63,402 nt of DNA. Origin: Thecamonas trahens ATCC 50062. Taxonomy: Eukaryota > Protista > Apusomonadida. The notes under the pieces are model-generated. The model was not told the origin of the DNA. It ran no database searches and worked only from the letters and a program-made list of their open reading frames with translations. Within the stretch, counting starts at the first letter, position 1, and each line of letters starts with the position of its first letter. The stretch covers positions 18,600 to 82,001 of the forward strand of contig NW_013657605.1 in assembly GCF_000142905.1 (NCBI RefSeq), in the 5' to 3' direction. Made by a program: the position numbers and the translations under genes. Below, in pieces: positions 19,822-30,800 of the stretch.

Positions 19822-21750
19822 TTACTCGGTGGTGATACCATCGACAATGCGCTGGATCTGGTCGAGCGGGAGGTCAAGGCCGCCGTAGAGGCCGACTCCC
19901 GAGGCAGCGGACGAAGTGAGGCGCGAGGCGATAAAGGCGTCGGCGACGTCGCCGTCGGCACGTTGCATCATGAGCATGGCCTGGAGGGCGAGGGCGAGTG
20001 AGTGGACGGCGGCACGGCCCTGGACAAGATCCATGCTGCCGGTCTTGAGAGCGTTGACGGCCGGCGAAGCGGCAAGGAAGGAGGCAGCGCGCGAGTCGGC
20101 GGCGAGCTCGGTCTCGAGCTTGCCGAGGAAAGCGGCCATGGCTGCCGGCTCCTTGGCCGCCGCCCTCATGATGTCAAGGACCATGACCGAGCCCGAGCCC
20201 TCCCAGATGGCGTTGAGTGGCGACTGGCGGAAGAGGCGCGGCATGCCGTTGGCGGCATCGTCAACGTATCCATTGCCGCCAAACACCTCCATGGCCTCTG
20301 CGGCAAAGCCCGGCAGGCGTTTGCAGACAAAGAACTTGGACATGGCGGTGGCGACGCGGGCGTAGGCAGCAGCCTCGGCATCACCCTCGGCTGCGCCCTC
20401 AAAGGCGGCCATCAGCTCAAAGGCCATGAGGGTGGCGGCGTGCGACTCGAGCGCAAGGTCTGCAAGCACGTTGGCGCCGAGCGGCGAGTCGGAAATGGTG
20501 GTGCCAAAGACCGAGCGGTGTGCGGCGTGATGCGCGGCACGGGCGAGGCCCATCCGCATCGAGCCGGCCGAGCCGGTGACGCAGTCGAGTCGGGTGTGGT
20601 GGACCATCTCGAGGAGGGTGGCGATGCCGCGCCCGGGTGCGCCCATGAGGAAGCCGACCGCGTCGCGATACTCGACCTCGGACGAGGCGTTGGACCGGTC
20701 GCCGAGCTTGTTCTTGAGCCGCATGACTTGGAAGCCGGCGTTGCGTTCGCCGCTCTCGAGCCACCGCGGGACAAGAAAGGCCGACATACCCTCGTCAGTG
20801 TAGGCGAGGGTGATGAACGCATCTGACATGGGCGCTGAGGTGAACCACTTGTGCCCAACAAGGGTATGCGGGGCGGCGGCAGCCTCTTCCGCAGTCAGGC
20901 CCATCCGCGCAGCGGCCGAGCCCGAGACCGGCGTGGCGAGCGTGGTGTTTGCCCGCACGTCAGATCCGCCCTGCTTTTCGGTCATCGACATGCCAAGCGT
21001 CACGCCGGGCTTCTGGTTTGCCGGAACGTCGCGGCCGTCGTACACGCCGCCGCGGATGCGGTTCGCCCACGTGAGTGCCAGCGCACGGCACCCGTTCGAC
21101 ACCCGCTCGTCGCTCGTCGTCGCCACAGACTTGAGCAGAGGAAAAGCTGCGTTGGTCATGACCAGCGGGCATGTCGATCCGTGCTCCCACTGCGAGTGCA
21201 TGTACAGCATGGCGCCGCGCGCCGTGTACCGCCCGCGCACGCTCTCATCGGCCCACACGCCATGGCCTACGCCATGGACCGTTCCGGCCTCCATCACATC
21301 GTGCCACGCCGGATGAAAGTCGACCGCGTTGATGCGATTGCCGACAGCGTCATATGCAGCGAGGACGGGCCCGTTCTCGTTGGCCATAGCCGCCAGCGCG
21401 TAGTTGGCCTCGTGTCCGTAGTAGTGACCCGCCTCGATGAGGGCGTCTTTGGAGACGACCGAGGTGCCACCGGCAATGTGGTCATCACCAGCTTCTTTTC
21501 CATCCCCAGCCCCCATCGCCCGCTCCGTCGCCGCCACCACCAGCGGATCGGTCGTGTACACATTGGCTGAATATGCCGGCGCCTGGTTGGTCACCTCGTG
21601 CGTCGCCGCTGCCCGAGCACCCTCACTGCTGCTCGCCCTCTGTGTCCCGACCAGTCCGCCAGCTCCACCTGCATGCGCACCCGCTCCTCTCCATCCCATC
21701 CTGCCGCCTGCTGCTGCCACCCGGGCTGCAAGTCCTGCTGTGCGTAGCAT
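19822..21750 (-). CDS. aidB: AidB-type acyl-CoA dehydrogenase with probable mitochondrial presequence
   Basis: VTNQAP, FHPAWH, CPLVMT, MTEKQGGSDVRANTT, GHKWFTSAP, LKNKLGDRSNASSEVEY and PLNAIWEGSG. The start at ATG 21750 (MLRTAGLAARVAAAGGR) is Arg/Ala-rich. Confidence 0.88.
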   Translation of the reverse strand: MLRTAGLAARVAAAGGRMGWRGAGAHAGGAGGLVGTQRASSSEGARAAATHEVTNQAPAYSANVYTTDPLVVAATERAMGAGDGKEAGDDHIAGGTSVVSKDALIEAGHYYGHEANYALAAMANENGPVLAAYDAVGNRINAVDFHPAWHDVMEAGTVHGVGHGVWADESVRGRYTARGAMLYMHSQWEHGSTCPLVMTNAAFPLLKSVATTSDERVSNGCRALALTWANRIRGGVYDGRDVPANQKPGVTLGMSMTEKQGGSDVRANTTLATPVSGSAAARMGLTAEEAAAAPHTLVGHKWFTSAPMSDAFITLAYTDEGMSAFLVPRWLESGERNAGFQVMRLKNKLGDRSNASSEVEYRDAVGFLMGAPGRGIATLLEMVHHTRLDCVTGSAGSMRMGLARAAHHAAHRSVFGTTISDSPLGANVLADLALESHAATLMAFELMAAFEGAAEGDAEAAAYARVATAMSKFFVCKRLPGFAAEAMEVFGGNGYVDDAANGMPRLFRQSPLNAIWEGSGSVMVLDIMRAAAKEPAAMAAFLGKLETELAADSRAASFLAASPAVNALKTGSMDLVQGRAAVHSLALALQAMLMMQRADGDVADAFIASRLTSSAASGVGLYGGLDLPLDQIQRIVDGITTE

Positions 21751-21850
21751 GTATGTCGAGGTAAGAGCTAAGTGACGTGTGTCGGGCCACGAGCGATTTC
21801 TCTCAATTTCCTCTCGTTCCGACAATGATTAGCCAACCCCCATACTCTGT

Positions 21851-22127
21851 CCATTGTTCGATACCCGATTATTCCTTGTGCCATTAATCGACACCCAATC
21901 ATTTCTCGTTCCATTAATCGACACCCAATCATTTCTCGTTCCATTAATCGACACCCAATCATTTCTCGTTCCATTAATCGACACCCAATCATTTCTCGTT
22001 CCATTAATCGACACCCAATCATTTCTCGTTCCATTAATCGACACCCAATCATTTCTCGTTCCATTAATCGACACCCAATCATTTCTCGTTCCATTAATCG
22101 ATACCCAATCATTTCTCGTTCCATTAA
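21851..22127. repeat. 30-bp minisatellite (CCATTAATCGACACCCAATCATTTCTCGTT)n
   Basis: Seven identical units at 21881-22090, one single-mismatch unit at 22091-22120, a degenerate unit at 21851-21880 and a partial final unit. Confidence 0.95.
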
Positions 22128-22267
22128 CCGTCAACGACACGTTCACCCGCCGTTCACCAGCCTCCTAACCCAGCCCCCGACGCCCTCAACGTGAGCCAGT
22201 GCCACCTCCCTCCCCCCCCCCCCCTTCACCCACTACCCCCCCTCCCCCTCCCCTCCCTCGTGGAAGT

Positions 22268-23593
22268 ATGGGCAAGGGCATTCTTCGGAACAAGCTGACC
22301 AAGGAAGAGGCCAAGCTAAAGAGCAAGTACGCGAGAGCCAAGAAGCGCAAGGCAGCAGCCGAGGCCAAGGCGAGGAAGGCAGGCAAGAACAAGAGAGTGC
22401 GGGCAAGGAGGCGGAGTCGGGCATGGGCCAAGGTATTCAAGTCGTTGAAAAAGGACTCGACCGGACATCGGCACATTGCTCTCTTGCCAAACAACGAGGA
22501 CCTTCGAGAGGCTCATGAAATTGCTCATTTGAGACGGAAGCGGAGGTCTCATCCTCATGCCTCGGACATCTCCTCAGCTACTTCGCTCGGCTCTCTCTCG
22601 GATCGCTACCCGGATTATGATCATCCGGATCGCATCGTTCACGAGGTCGTCGTCAAGCACTCGTACCCGCATCCTCCCCGCCGCGAGCGCTCCTTCTCAC
22701 GAAGCTCGGCCCGTTCTTGGTCTCGCCCTCGCCGCCGCGGACGCCGCCACCGCCATCGCCACACACACACCGCCTCGATCATTGTCTCGTACTCATCATC
22801 CTCATCATCATCCTCATCTTCCGGCTCCTCCTCGTCTTCCTCACCAGCATCTGGCATCCTTGTCGGCCGCGCGCCTGTCGTCCGCGGCAAGCACAACACC
22901 GAGTACATCGTGGTTCCGCGGTCCAAGCTGAACCGTGGGCGCCGCAAACGGCACAAGCCCCCGCCAAAAGCCCGCAAGCGTAAGGTCGTCCTCGTCAAGC
23001 AGGGCTCCGACGGCGAAGAGGCCGAGCGGTTCGAGGCCTCGCTCGACGGCTCCCTCGTTCTCTCCACCCGCCGCCGGCCCAAGGGCAAACGCAAGGGTAA
23101 GCGATCTCGCCTTGCTCGCGGTTCCTCCCGTCGCCGCAAGGCCGGCTCTTCGTCCGACGACTACGAGTACGGCGGCGAGTACGAGGAGATGTACAATTCG
23201 GATCAGGAGGCTGCCGTCGCACGTCTCGAGCGCGAAGCTCTCAAGGCCGAGTTGAAGATGGGCGACCTCGTCCGCAAGTCGGCCGCCCACAACCACGACC
23301 TCATCCGAGACATCGATGACGTCGACCGCAAGCTCGTCCGAACTGCCGCGCACGCAGAAGTCGAGCTCGGCTCTTCCTCCTCCACCTCTGCATCATCCTC
23401 GGTCGCCGCCTCGGACCGCACCTCCGAGTCGTCGTCGTCCGCCCCACCCAAGCGCAAGACCAAGGCCAAGGGAAAGGCTAAGACCAAGGGAAAGACCAAG
23501 GGAAAGACCAAGGGAAAGACCAAGACCAAGGGTAAGACCAAGGCCAAGGGCAAGTCCAAGGGCAAGAAGTCCAAGACAAGAAGCCGACGATAA
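22268..23593 (+). CDS. Highly basic Lys/Arg/Ser-rich hypothetical protein
   Basis: Long ORF with GC3-biased codons, poly-Ser, a KGKT-repeat tail and many NLS-like clusters; no family recognised. Confidence 0.6.
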   Translation: MGKGILRNKLTKEEAKLKSKYARAKKRKAAAEAKARKAGKNKRVRARRRSRAWAKVFKSLKKDSTGHRHIALLPNNEDLREAHEIAHLRRKRRSHPHASDISSATSLGSLSDRYPDYDHPDRIVHEVVVKHSYPHPPRRERSFSRSSARSWSRPRRRGRRHRHRHTHTASIIVSYSSSSSSSSSSGSSSSSSPASGILVGRAPVVRGKHNTEYIVVPRSKLNRGRRKRHKPPPKARKRKVVLVKQGSDGEEAERFEASLDGSLVLSTRRRPKGKRKGKRSRLARGSSRRRKAGSSSDDYEYGGEYEEMYNSDQEAAVARLEREALKAELKMGDLVRKSAAHNHDLIRDIDDVDRKLVRTAAHAEVELGSSSSTSASSSVAASDRTSESSSSAPPKRKTKAKGKAKTKGKTKGKTKGKTKTKGKTKAKGKSKGKKSKTRSRR

Positions 23594-23638
23594 ACACTCT
23601 GACACCGCCACGTCTCGCCAACAGCTACCTCTCTCCAT

Positions 23639-24778
23639 ATGCCGTCTTTGAGCCGATCGCGATCGCGATCTCGGTCATCGTCCCACCGCACCCGTCGCTC
23701 GCGCATCAGCTCATACCGATCGTCCTCGCATCGCTCGCGACACAGCTCGCGGCGGAGACATAGCCACCGATCCCGTGACACCGGCTCCTCTTCGCGCCGC
23801 CACCGTTGCCATGGCACCGACCACAACTCGAGGCGGCGGCGACGACATCATCACCGTCATCGCCATCGTCGCCGCCATTGCTCGTCTGGACATGGCTCGA
23901 GGTCACGAAGCCGATCATGCACACACTCGTCATCGTCAAGCTCATCATCTTCGTTCTCGCCACCATCTCACCCGCGGCGACTTGCACAGGGCTCACAACG
24001 GCCGCCATCGCCATCGCCATCGCCGTCGTCATCGCCGGAAGAGGCGCGGCGCCGAGCAAGAGTGGCTGCGATTGCGGCCATGGAGGCCGAGCTCCAAGCG
24101 CTGCAACGGGAAGAAGCCGAGGAAGAGGCTACTGAAGCCTATGCCTCGAGCTGGCAAGGCAAACTAGCTGCTGCCCATGACGACGACCTTCGTGCGGCTC
24201 GTGTGCTCAACCCGCTTGCGGCAGCGGATGAGCTCGTGGTCGATGACCGCGACCTGCCCGACCTCCGCATGACCTCCGACGAGTGGGATGCCTTCTACGC
24301 CCGCTACGAGGCACGCAAGCGGAACATAGACGCTGCCGCCAAGGCCCATGCTGCCGCATTTCATGCTGCTAATGCAGAGCGTGAGGCGGCGGCGGCGGCG
24401 GCAAAGACCGTCGCAACATGGGCTCGCCTCTCGGCTCCAGACGCCACCGAGCCCATCGCCTTTGCTGACATTGCCTTTCCCGATCTGGACGGTCTTGGCC
24501 TGGATGCCCTCCTTGCCGCCGATGCTGCCGCTGCCGACAGCGGTCAGGCCTCTAGCTCTGTGCCTGGTGGTACTGCTGCTGCTCCTGCTGGTCGATCGCG
24601 TCCGGCCTCACACAAGGCTGCCCTCCGTGCTGCCTTTCTTGCCTGGCACCCGGACAAGTTTGTTCAGCGGTACGGTGCCCGGCTTGTGCCCGATGATGCC
24701 GATCGCATCATGGCGGCGGTGACCGCCACCGCCCAGAAGATCTCCGCCCTCAAGGCCGAGCTGATGGCTGGCCGCTGA
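23639..24778 (+). CDS. NFKBIL1 (IkBL)-like protein with N-terminal RS/His-rich region
   Basis: WQGKL, FADIAFP and C-terminal ALRAAFLAWHPDKFVQRYG...RIMAAVTATAQKI resemble the NFKBIL1 C-terminal domain as I recall it. Confidence 0.65.
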   Translation: MPSLSRSRSRSRSSSHRTRRSRISSYRSSSHRSRHSSRRRHSHRSRDTGSSSRRHRCHGTDHNSRRRRRHHHRHRHRRRHCSSGHGSRSRSRSCTHSSSSSSSSSFSPPSHPRRLAQGSQRPPSPSPSPSSSPEEARRRARVAAIAAMEAELQALQREEAEEEATEAYASSWQGKLAAAHDDDLRAARVLNPLAAADELVVDDRDLPDLRMTSDEWDAFYARYEARKRNIDAAAKAHAAAFHAANAEREAAAAAAKTVATWARLSAPDATEPIAFADIAFPDLDGLGLDALLAADAAAADSGQASSSVPGGTAAAPAGRSRPASHKAALRAAFLAWHPDKFVQRYGARLVPDDADRIMAAVTATAQKISALKAELMAGR

Positions 24779-24817
24779 CCCCACACCGATAAAAGCTGCA
24801 GCACCCGCTTTACTTTG

Positions 24818-27800
24818 TCAAAACGCAAACTCGTCACTGGTCTCGATGCGCCGGCTTGAGTCCCCGGCCCGCAGCCGCATCCGCTCGGCCATGGCGTCGA
24901 TCTCCTGGGTCGAGGCCTCGATCTCGGCGTCCAGCGCGGCGAGCGTGCCGTCGTCATCCGAGTCGTCGACCGCGGAGAGCGGTGCGGCTTGTCGCGGCCG
25001 CCGCCGCTGCGGCGTCGCAGCACTGTCCTCGCTGGCCTGCGCGGCGGCGAGCTGCCGCTCGAGCGTGACAACACGGGTCTTGAGCGCGCGCACCTCGTCG
25101 GTATCGTGCTCGAGCGCGATGAGCGACTCGGTCTGGAACGCCATCAGGGTGTCCTTGTCCTTCTTGAGCGAGCTCAGCTGGTGCTCGAGCTCGTGGATCC
25201 GGTTGGTGTCAACCTTGCGCTGCTTGCGGAGCTTGGCGGCCTCGGCCTTGGCGACCTCGGTCGTCCGCGAGAGGTCCTCGTTCTGTGCCATCATCATCAT
25301 GATCACCTCGCCCTCCTTGAGGCGTGCGATCTCCTCCTTGTGCGCGACCTTGAGCTTCTCGCGGTCCTTGGACGCCGCCTGCAGCTGCCGCGACAGCTTG
25401 GAGACCTTGACCTTGAGCTCGCGGATCTGCATTTCGGCCTCGTCGCGCTCGGTCCGCACCGCCCGCAGCTCAGCCTTGTACTTGGCCGCATTCCGCGACG
25501 CCTCTGAGCCTGATGACTCGCCGCCAGCCGGCGCGCTTCCGCTGCCACCGTCGGTGCTCTCCAGCCGACGCTGCAGCTGCACAATCCGCTTCTTGAGCGA
25601 CCGGATGGTCTCCGCGTCACTCGACGACCGCTCGCCCTTGAGCGAGCCCATCGAGCCCGAGCGGTTGAGCATCTTGCGCTCGAGCGCCTTGACCTGCGCT
25701 TCGGCCTTGTCTGCCCGCGCCTGCTCGCGCGCAACCTGTGCCCGCAGCGTCGCCGACTCGTCCTTCACCACGCTAGCCCGCGACTTGGTGTCGAGCAGCG
25801 TCGCCCGGAGGCCGTGCAGCTCGGCCTCGGCCGCTGTCGCCCGCGCGTGAAGCTCCTTCAGCTCCGACGTCATCATATCGTCGTGCGCAGCCTGCTCGGC
25901 GGCAGCCACAGGCCCGGCTGCACGAAGCGTGTTGTTGGCCACAGAAAGCTCGCGGTTCTTGCTCCGCAGCTGCTGCACGTGCTCGCGCAGCGAGGTCACC
26001 TCGCCGGCCAGCCGCGCGTTCTCGGCCACCAGCGCGTCGACCTTGGCCTCGACCCCGGTCCCGGCTCCGGCCGCGGCGCCCGGCGCCGTCGCCTCGATTG
26101 CCACGTTGACTGCGTTGACCGCAGCCTGAAGCGCGTCCTCGGTCTCGCGGAGCTTGGCCTTCATGGCCAGCACCTCGTCGGCGTCGGTCGTCGACGCGGC
26201 ACGCAACGCGTTGGCCTCGGCCTCGGCAGCGCGCAGCGCGTCCTTAGTCGCCGCAAACCGGTCCTTAAGCGTCCCGTGCGCGAGCGTCACCTCCTCCAGC
26301 TCGCTCTGCACCGCCCGGAGCTTCGCATCTGCACCCTCGAGTGCAATAATCTTCGACTGCAGATCGCGCTCAAGCTTGGCCTCCTTCTCCAGCGTCTGCT
26401 GGAGCGAGGCCACCTGCGACTCGGAGGAGCCAACCGAGGTGTGGAGCGACTCAATCTTGGACCACAGCTGGTTCTGCGTCATCTCGGCCATCTTGGCCGC
26501 CTCGGCCGCCTTGTCCTCCAGCGCCGCATACTCGGCGTCCTTCTCTTCCATCGCGCGCTGCGCCTCGAGCAGCTTGGCCTGAAGCTCCTGGACCTGCGCC
26601 GCAAGATCGCCGGCCTCGGCCTCGGCCACCGTTGATGCCTCGGCCGACGTCTCGTGCACGTTGTCTACCTCGTCCTTGAGTGCCTCGCACTCGGCCTCCA
26701 GAAGCTCGATCTTGGCCTGGGCCTCGCGCCGTGCCTTATTGGCCTCGTTGAGCTTGGTCGCCAGCTCGTTCATGTTCTCACGCGCCGCCGCGAGCGCGCC
26801 CTGGTGCACGCTAGTCGACGACTGAAGCGCCGCGTTGCTCGCGCTCGACGCCTCAGCCAGCTCCTCCTCCAGCAGTTGCGACCGTGCCGCGAGCGTCGCC
26901 GCCTCCTGCCGGGACGCATCCAGGGCCGCCTTGGTAGTGGCAATCTCACGCTGCGCGGCCTCCACACTGTGGGTCGCGTCGGAGAGCATGCCCTCCAACT
27001 GCGAGATCTGCGCAAACGACGCGTCCTTGATCGTCTCCTGCACCTGCTGCGCAGCTTCGAGGTCCGCCTGCAGCGACTCGACCTCGTCCGACGCGTCCTC
27101 CAACTGCCGCGTCAGCGACTTGATCTGCGCCTCGGCGGCCACGGCCTTCTCACGCTCAGCCACCAGCGCCTCGTTGAGCTCTGCTCGCTGCTCGCGCTCC
27201 GAGTCGAGCAGCGCCGAGAGCGACTCGATCTGCGCGTTGAGCCCAGACTCGCGCTCCGATGCTGCCTGGCTCTCCGATGTGCGTGCCAGCTTCTCCGACG
27301 CAAGCGCCCGCTCTGCGTCGGCCGCCGCTAGGCCAGCCTCGCGGATCCGCCGGTTGAGGTTGGCCGTCGAAGTTGAGCTCCGCGCCCCGGCCTCCTCGGC
27401 AGCCTTGGTAAGCTCGAGGACCTGGACCTCGGCCGCGGTCCGCCGCGCGATCTCGCGCTCCAGCGCCGTCGCACTCTCGGCCGCCTGCTTCTCGGCACGA
27501 CTCTTGCCCAGTTCGCACGCCTGCAGCTCGTTGCGTGCGGCACGGACCGCGGCGTCGAGCTCGGCCACCTCGGCGTCAAGCTCGGCCACACGCGCCTCGG
27601 CAGCCACAGCCCGCTGCGTCTCGGCGTTAAACGCCGCAACCTTGTCGGCCTCGGCAGAGATCTGGCTCTCCAGCTCGGCAATCTTGGCCGCCGCACGCTG
27701 CTTCGCCGCATCCTCGTCCGCCCGCGCGCTCACCGTCGCCCGCTTCTCAGACTCAACTGCGGCTTGGAGCTCGGCAATCTGCGACTGCGCAAACTTGAGC

Positions 27801-30800
27801 TCGCGGGCTGTCTGGTTGTGCTCCAGTTGCAAGTAGCGCTTCTCCTCACGCACCTTTTCCAGCTCAGCCCGCGCCTCGGCCCGCGCCTCACGCGCAGCCT
27901 CGAGCTTGGCCTCCACCCGTGACGTCTTCTCGTTGGCGTCCATCACGTCCTGCTGCGCCAGCGCCGCCTCGCGCCGGACATCGCCCATTGCCCGCTCCAT
28001 CTCCAGGATCTTGCTCGACAGCTCCGAGTGCCGCACCCGCGCCTCGCCAAGTTCGGTCTGCAGCCGCATGTTGGCATCCTTGGTCCGATCTGCCCGTCCA
28101 TCACCGCCCGCCCACAATCAATCAATCACCCAGGTGAGTCAATCGCCCAAACTTGTCCCACCAACACACAGGTACAAAAAAAGAGGCAGGACAAGCCAAG
28201 CCCTTCGTTTATGAGCGACGGCGCGCACATAGTCGAAGGGATGGACGCCTCTGCACACTGCCACCGATAAGCTCTCGGTCACTCCGTTGGTCCCTTGGGG
28301 GGAGGGAGGGGGAGGAGGGGGAGGGGGGGCACACGCACACGCAGATCAGCTCCGCGAATAGTCGCGGCGCGACCGAAGCGGCTCGGAGCGGTCCATGCCG
28401 CGGCCTGCGGCCAAATACGCACCTAGTCTCTGCTTGAGGTCTGAGGCGTCTGCGGCCGAGGTCTCGACGCGGGCCTCGGTGGCACGGGACGAGTCCAGGA
28501 GCGCGCTGTGGGCCGAGGAGACCTGCGCAAGCTGGTCCTTGAGGGCGTCGCGCTCGACAGTCAGGTCCGAGATGGACTGGAGTAGATCCTTGCACTTGTC
28601 CTTGTAGCCGTCGACCTCTGCGAGGGCAGCGTCAGCAGCAAGCTTGAGCGAGTCCTTCTCCTTGGCGAGGGTAGCACTGGTAGCGCGGGCGTCGGCAAGG
28701 GACGCGGCAGCCTGCTCGGCGGCGTACTTGTCGGACTCGAGCTTGGCCGAGAGGCGGGCGATCTCGAGGGCGGCGGTCTTGGCGTCGTTCTCGAGCTGAG
28801 CAACCTCCTCCTTGGAGACCCGCAGCGTTCGCTTCTTCTCGAGCAGCTCAGCCTCAACAGCCTCGACCCGCTCGCGGAGCGCGGCCTCGGAGAGAACGAG
28901 CGCGTCATGGGCCGAGGTGAGGGCGTTGTTGGAGCGGGTGAGCTCGCGGAGATCGTCCTCGAGATTGGCGACGCGGGAGAGCGCGTTGTCACGAGAGGTG
29001 ACGGCCTTGGTCAGCTTGAGCTGGGTGTGGCGCAGCTCCTCGTCGGCCTTGTCCTGGCGGGCAGCGGCGGCGGCGGCGTCGCCAGTGGCGGAGTCGGCTG
29101 TCTGCTTGAGCGCAGCAGACTCGGCCACGAGCGACTCCTCGCGGACCAGGGCGGCGTGGAGCTGCTTCTTGTAGTGGTTGATCTCATCCTCAAGGTCCGA
29201 GTACTTGAGCTGGGTCTGCGACGTCATCGACTCCATCTGGTCGTAAGCGGCGTCGAGAGACTTTTGCAGGTTGGCCAGAGCCTGCGACTGCTTGGCCTCG
29301 AGGTCGACGATGCGGGCCTCGTAGCGGTCCTTCTCGGCGCGCCAGGCCGCGAGGGTCTCGTCGAGCTCTGCGGCCTTGAGCTCGAGGCGCTTGTTGGCGT
29401 CTGCCAGCTGCTGGGCAACCGACATCTTCTCGAGCTCAAAGGTGGCTTTGTCGCGGCCCGAGGCCGAGATCGAGGCGTTGGCCTTTGCCAGCTCCTGCTC
29501 GACGGCATACTTTTGGGCGGTGAGATCCTCGACGTCTGCGCGGTAGCGGGCGATTTCGGCGTCCTTGGTCTCGCAGGCACGGGCGAGCGCGTCCTTCTCG
29601 GCGACGTCGGTCTGAAGCTTGCGGCGGAGGAGCGAGAGCTCATCCTCGAGGCCGCGGGCCTCGGAGACAAGGTCCTGGTTCTCGCGCAGGACCGAGTCAA
29701 AGTTGACCTTGACCTCGTCGTAGGCCTTGGTCTTGAGCTTGAGCGACTCTGCGGTCGAGTCGAGCTCCTGTTGAAGCTTGAAGGTCTTCTTCTCCTCGGC
29801 ATCAAGGTAAGCCTTAGTCTCTGCGAGGTCCTCCTGAAGCTTGGCAATGTTGCGCTCGAGGGTGACCGAGTGGACGGTGGCCTGCGACTTTTCGGCGGCC
29901 TCGACCTCAAGCTTGTTGCGGGTGTGGGCGATCTGGGCCTCGAGGGCGGCCTTGGAGGCGCGGACCTGCTCGAGACGCTGGTTGGCGCCATTGGCCTCAC
30001 GCTTGGCGTCCTCGAGCTTCTTGGTCAGCTCTGCGGTCTGGTAGTGGGCGAGGCCGAGGTCGCGCTTGGCGTCGTTGAGCGCCGACTCGAGAGAGACGCG
30101 GATGGCGGCAAGCTCGTCGTACTGGGCCTGGTGGGCGGCGAGCTCGGTGAGGACGTCCTCGCGGGCGGCGAGGAGCGAGTCGCGCTCGCGAGTCATCGAC
30201 TCGAGCTGGCGCTTGTAGTCGTCCGAGGTGTGGGCGACTGACGACTGGGCGACCGAGAGCTCGGAGACGAGCTTATCGGTCTCGGACTTGTCGGCGAGGG
30301 CGGCGTCGCGGGCGCGGAGGGCGTCGAGCAGGAGGGTGTGCTCGTGGGCGTGTTTGGCGATCCAGTCGTCACGCTCGCGCTCCATCTTGGCCAGCTCCTC
30401 ACGCTTGCAGGCGTGGGCGTGGATCTCCTTCTCAAGATCCTGCTCAAACTCGGTGAGCTCGGTGCGGAGCACGTCTTTTTCGGCCTCCATGACAGCGTTG
30501 ATCTTCTTGAGATCCTCGATCTGCGACCGCTGGTGGTCGATGGTCCCGTTGAGCTGGACGCGCTTCTTGTTCTCCATGTGGAGGGCGTTCTTAAGCTCGT
30601 CGATGGTTTCCTTGAGCGCCGAGACTTCGGACGCCGTCGACTTGGCTTGCGAGACGGCCGAGGCCGACGAAGATTTGGCGAGAGCGAGCTCCGACTCGTG
30701 GGCGAGCTTGGTGTCGGCGAGCGCGTCCTCAGCGGCTGCGAGTTCGGTGCGAAGCGAGACGACGAGGCCGTCCATGTCCTTCTTGGCGGAAAGCGCCTCG

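Noticed and set aside
21851-22127. CRISPR-like appearance of the 30-bp array, and repeat ORFs (MEREMIGCRL, INGTRNDWVS, LIDTQSFLVP)
   Set aside because: Units are contiguous with no unique spacers and no cas genes nearby; the ORFs arise because the unit length is a multiple of 3 and lacks stops.
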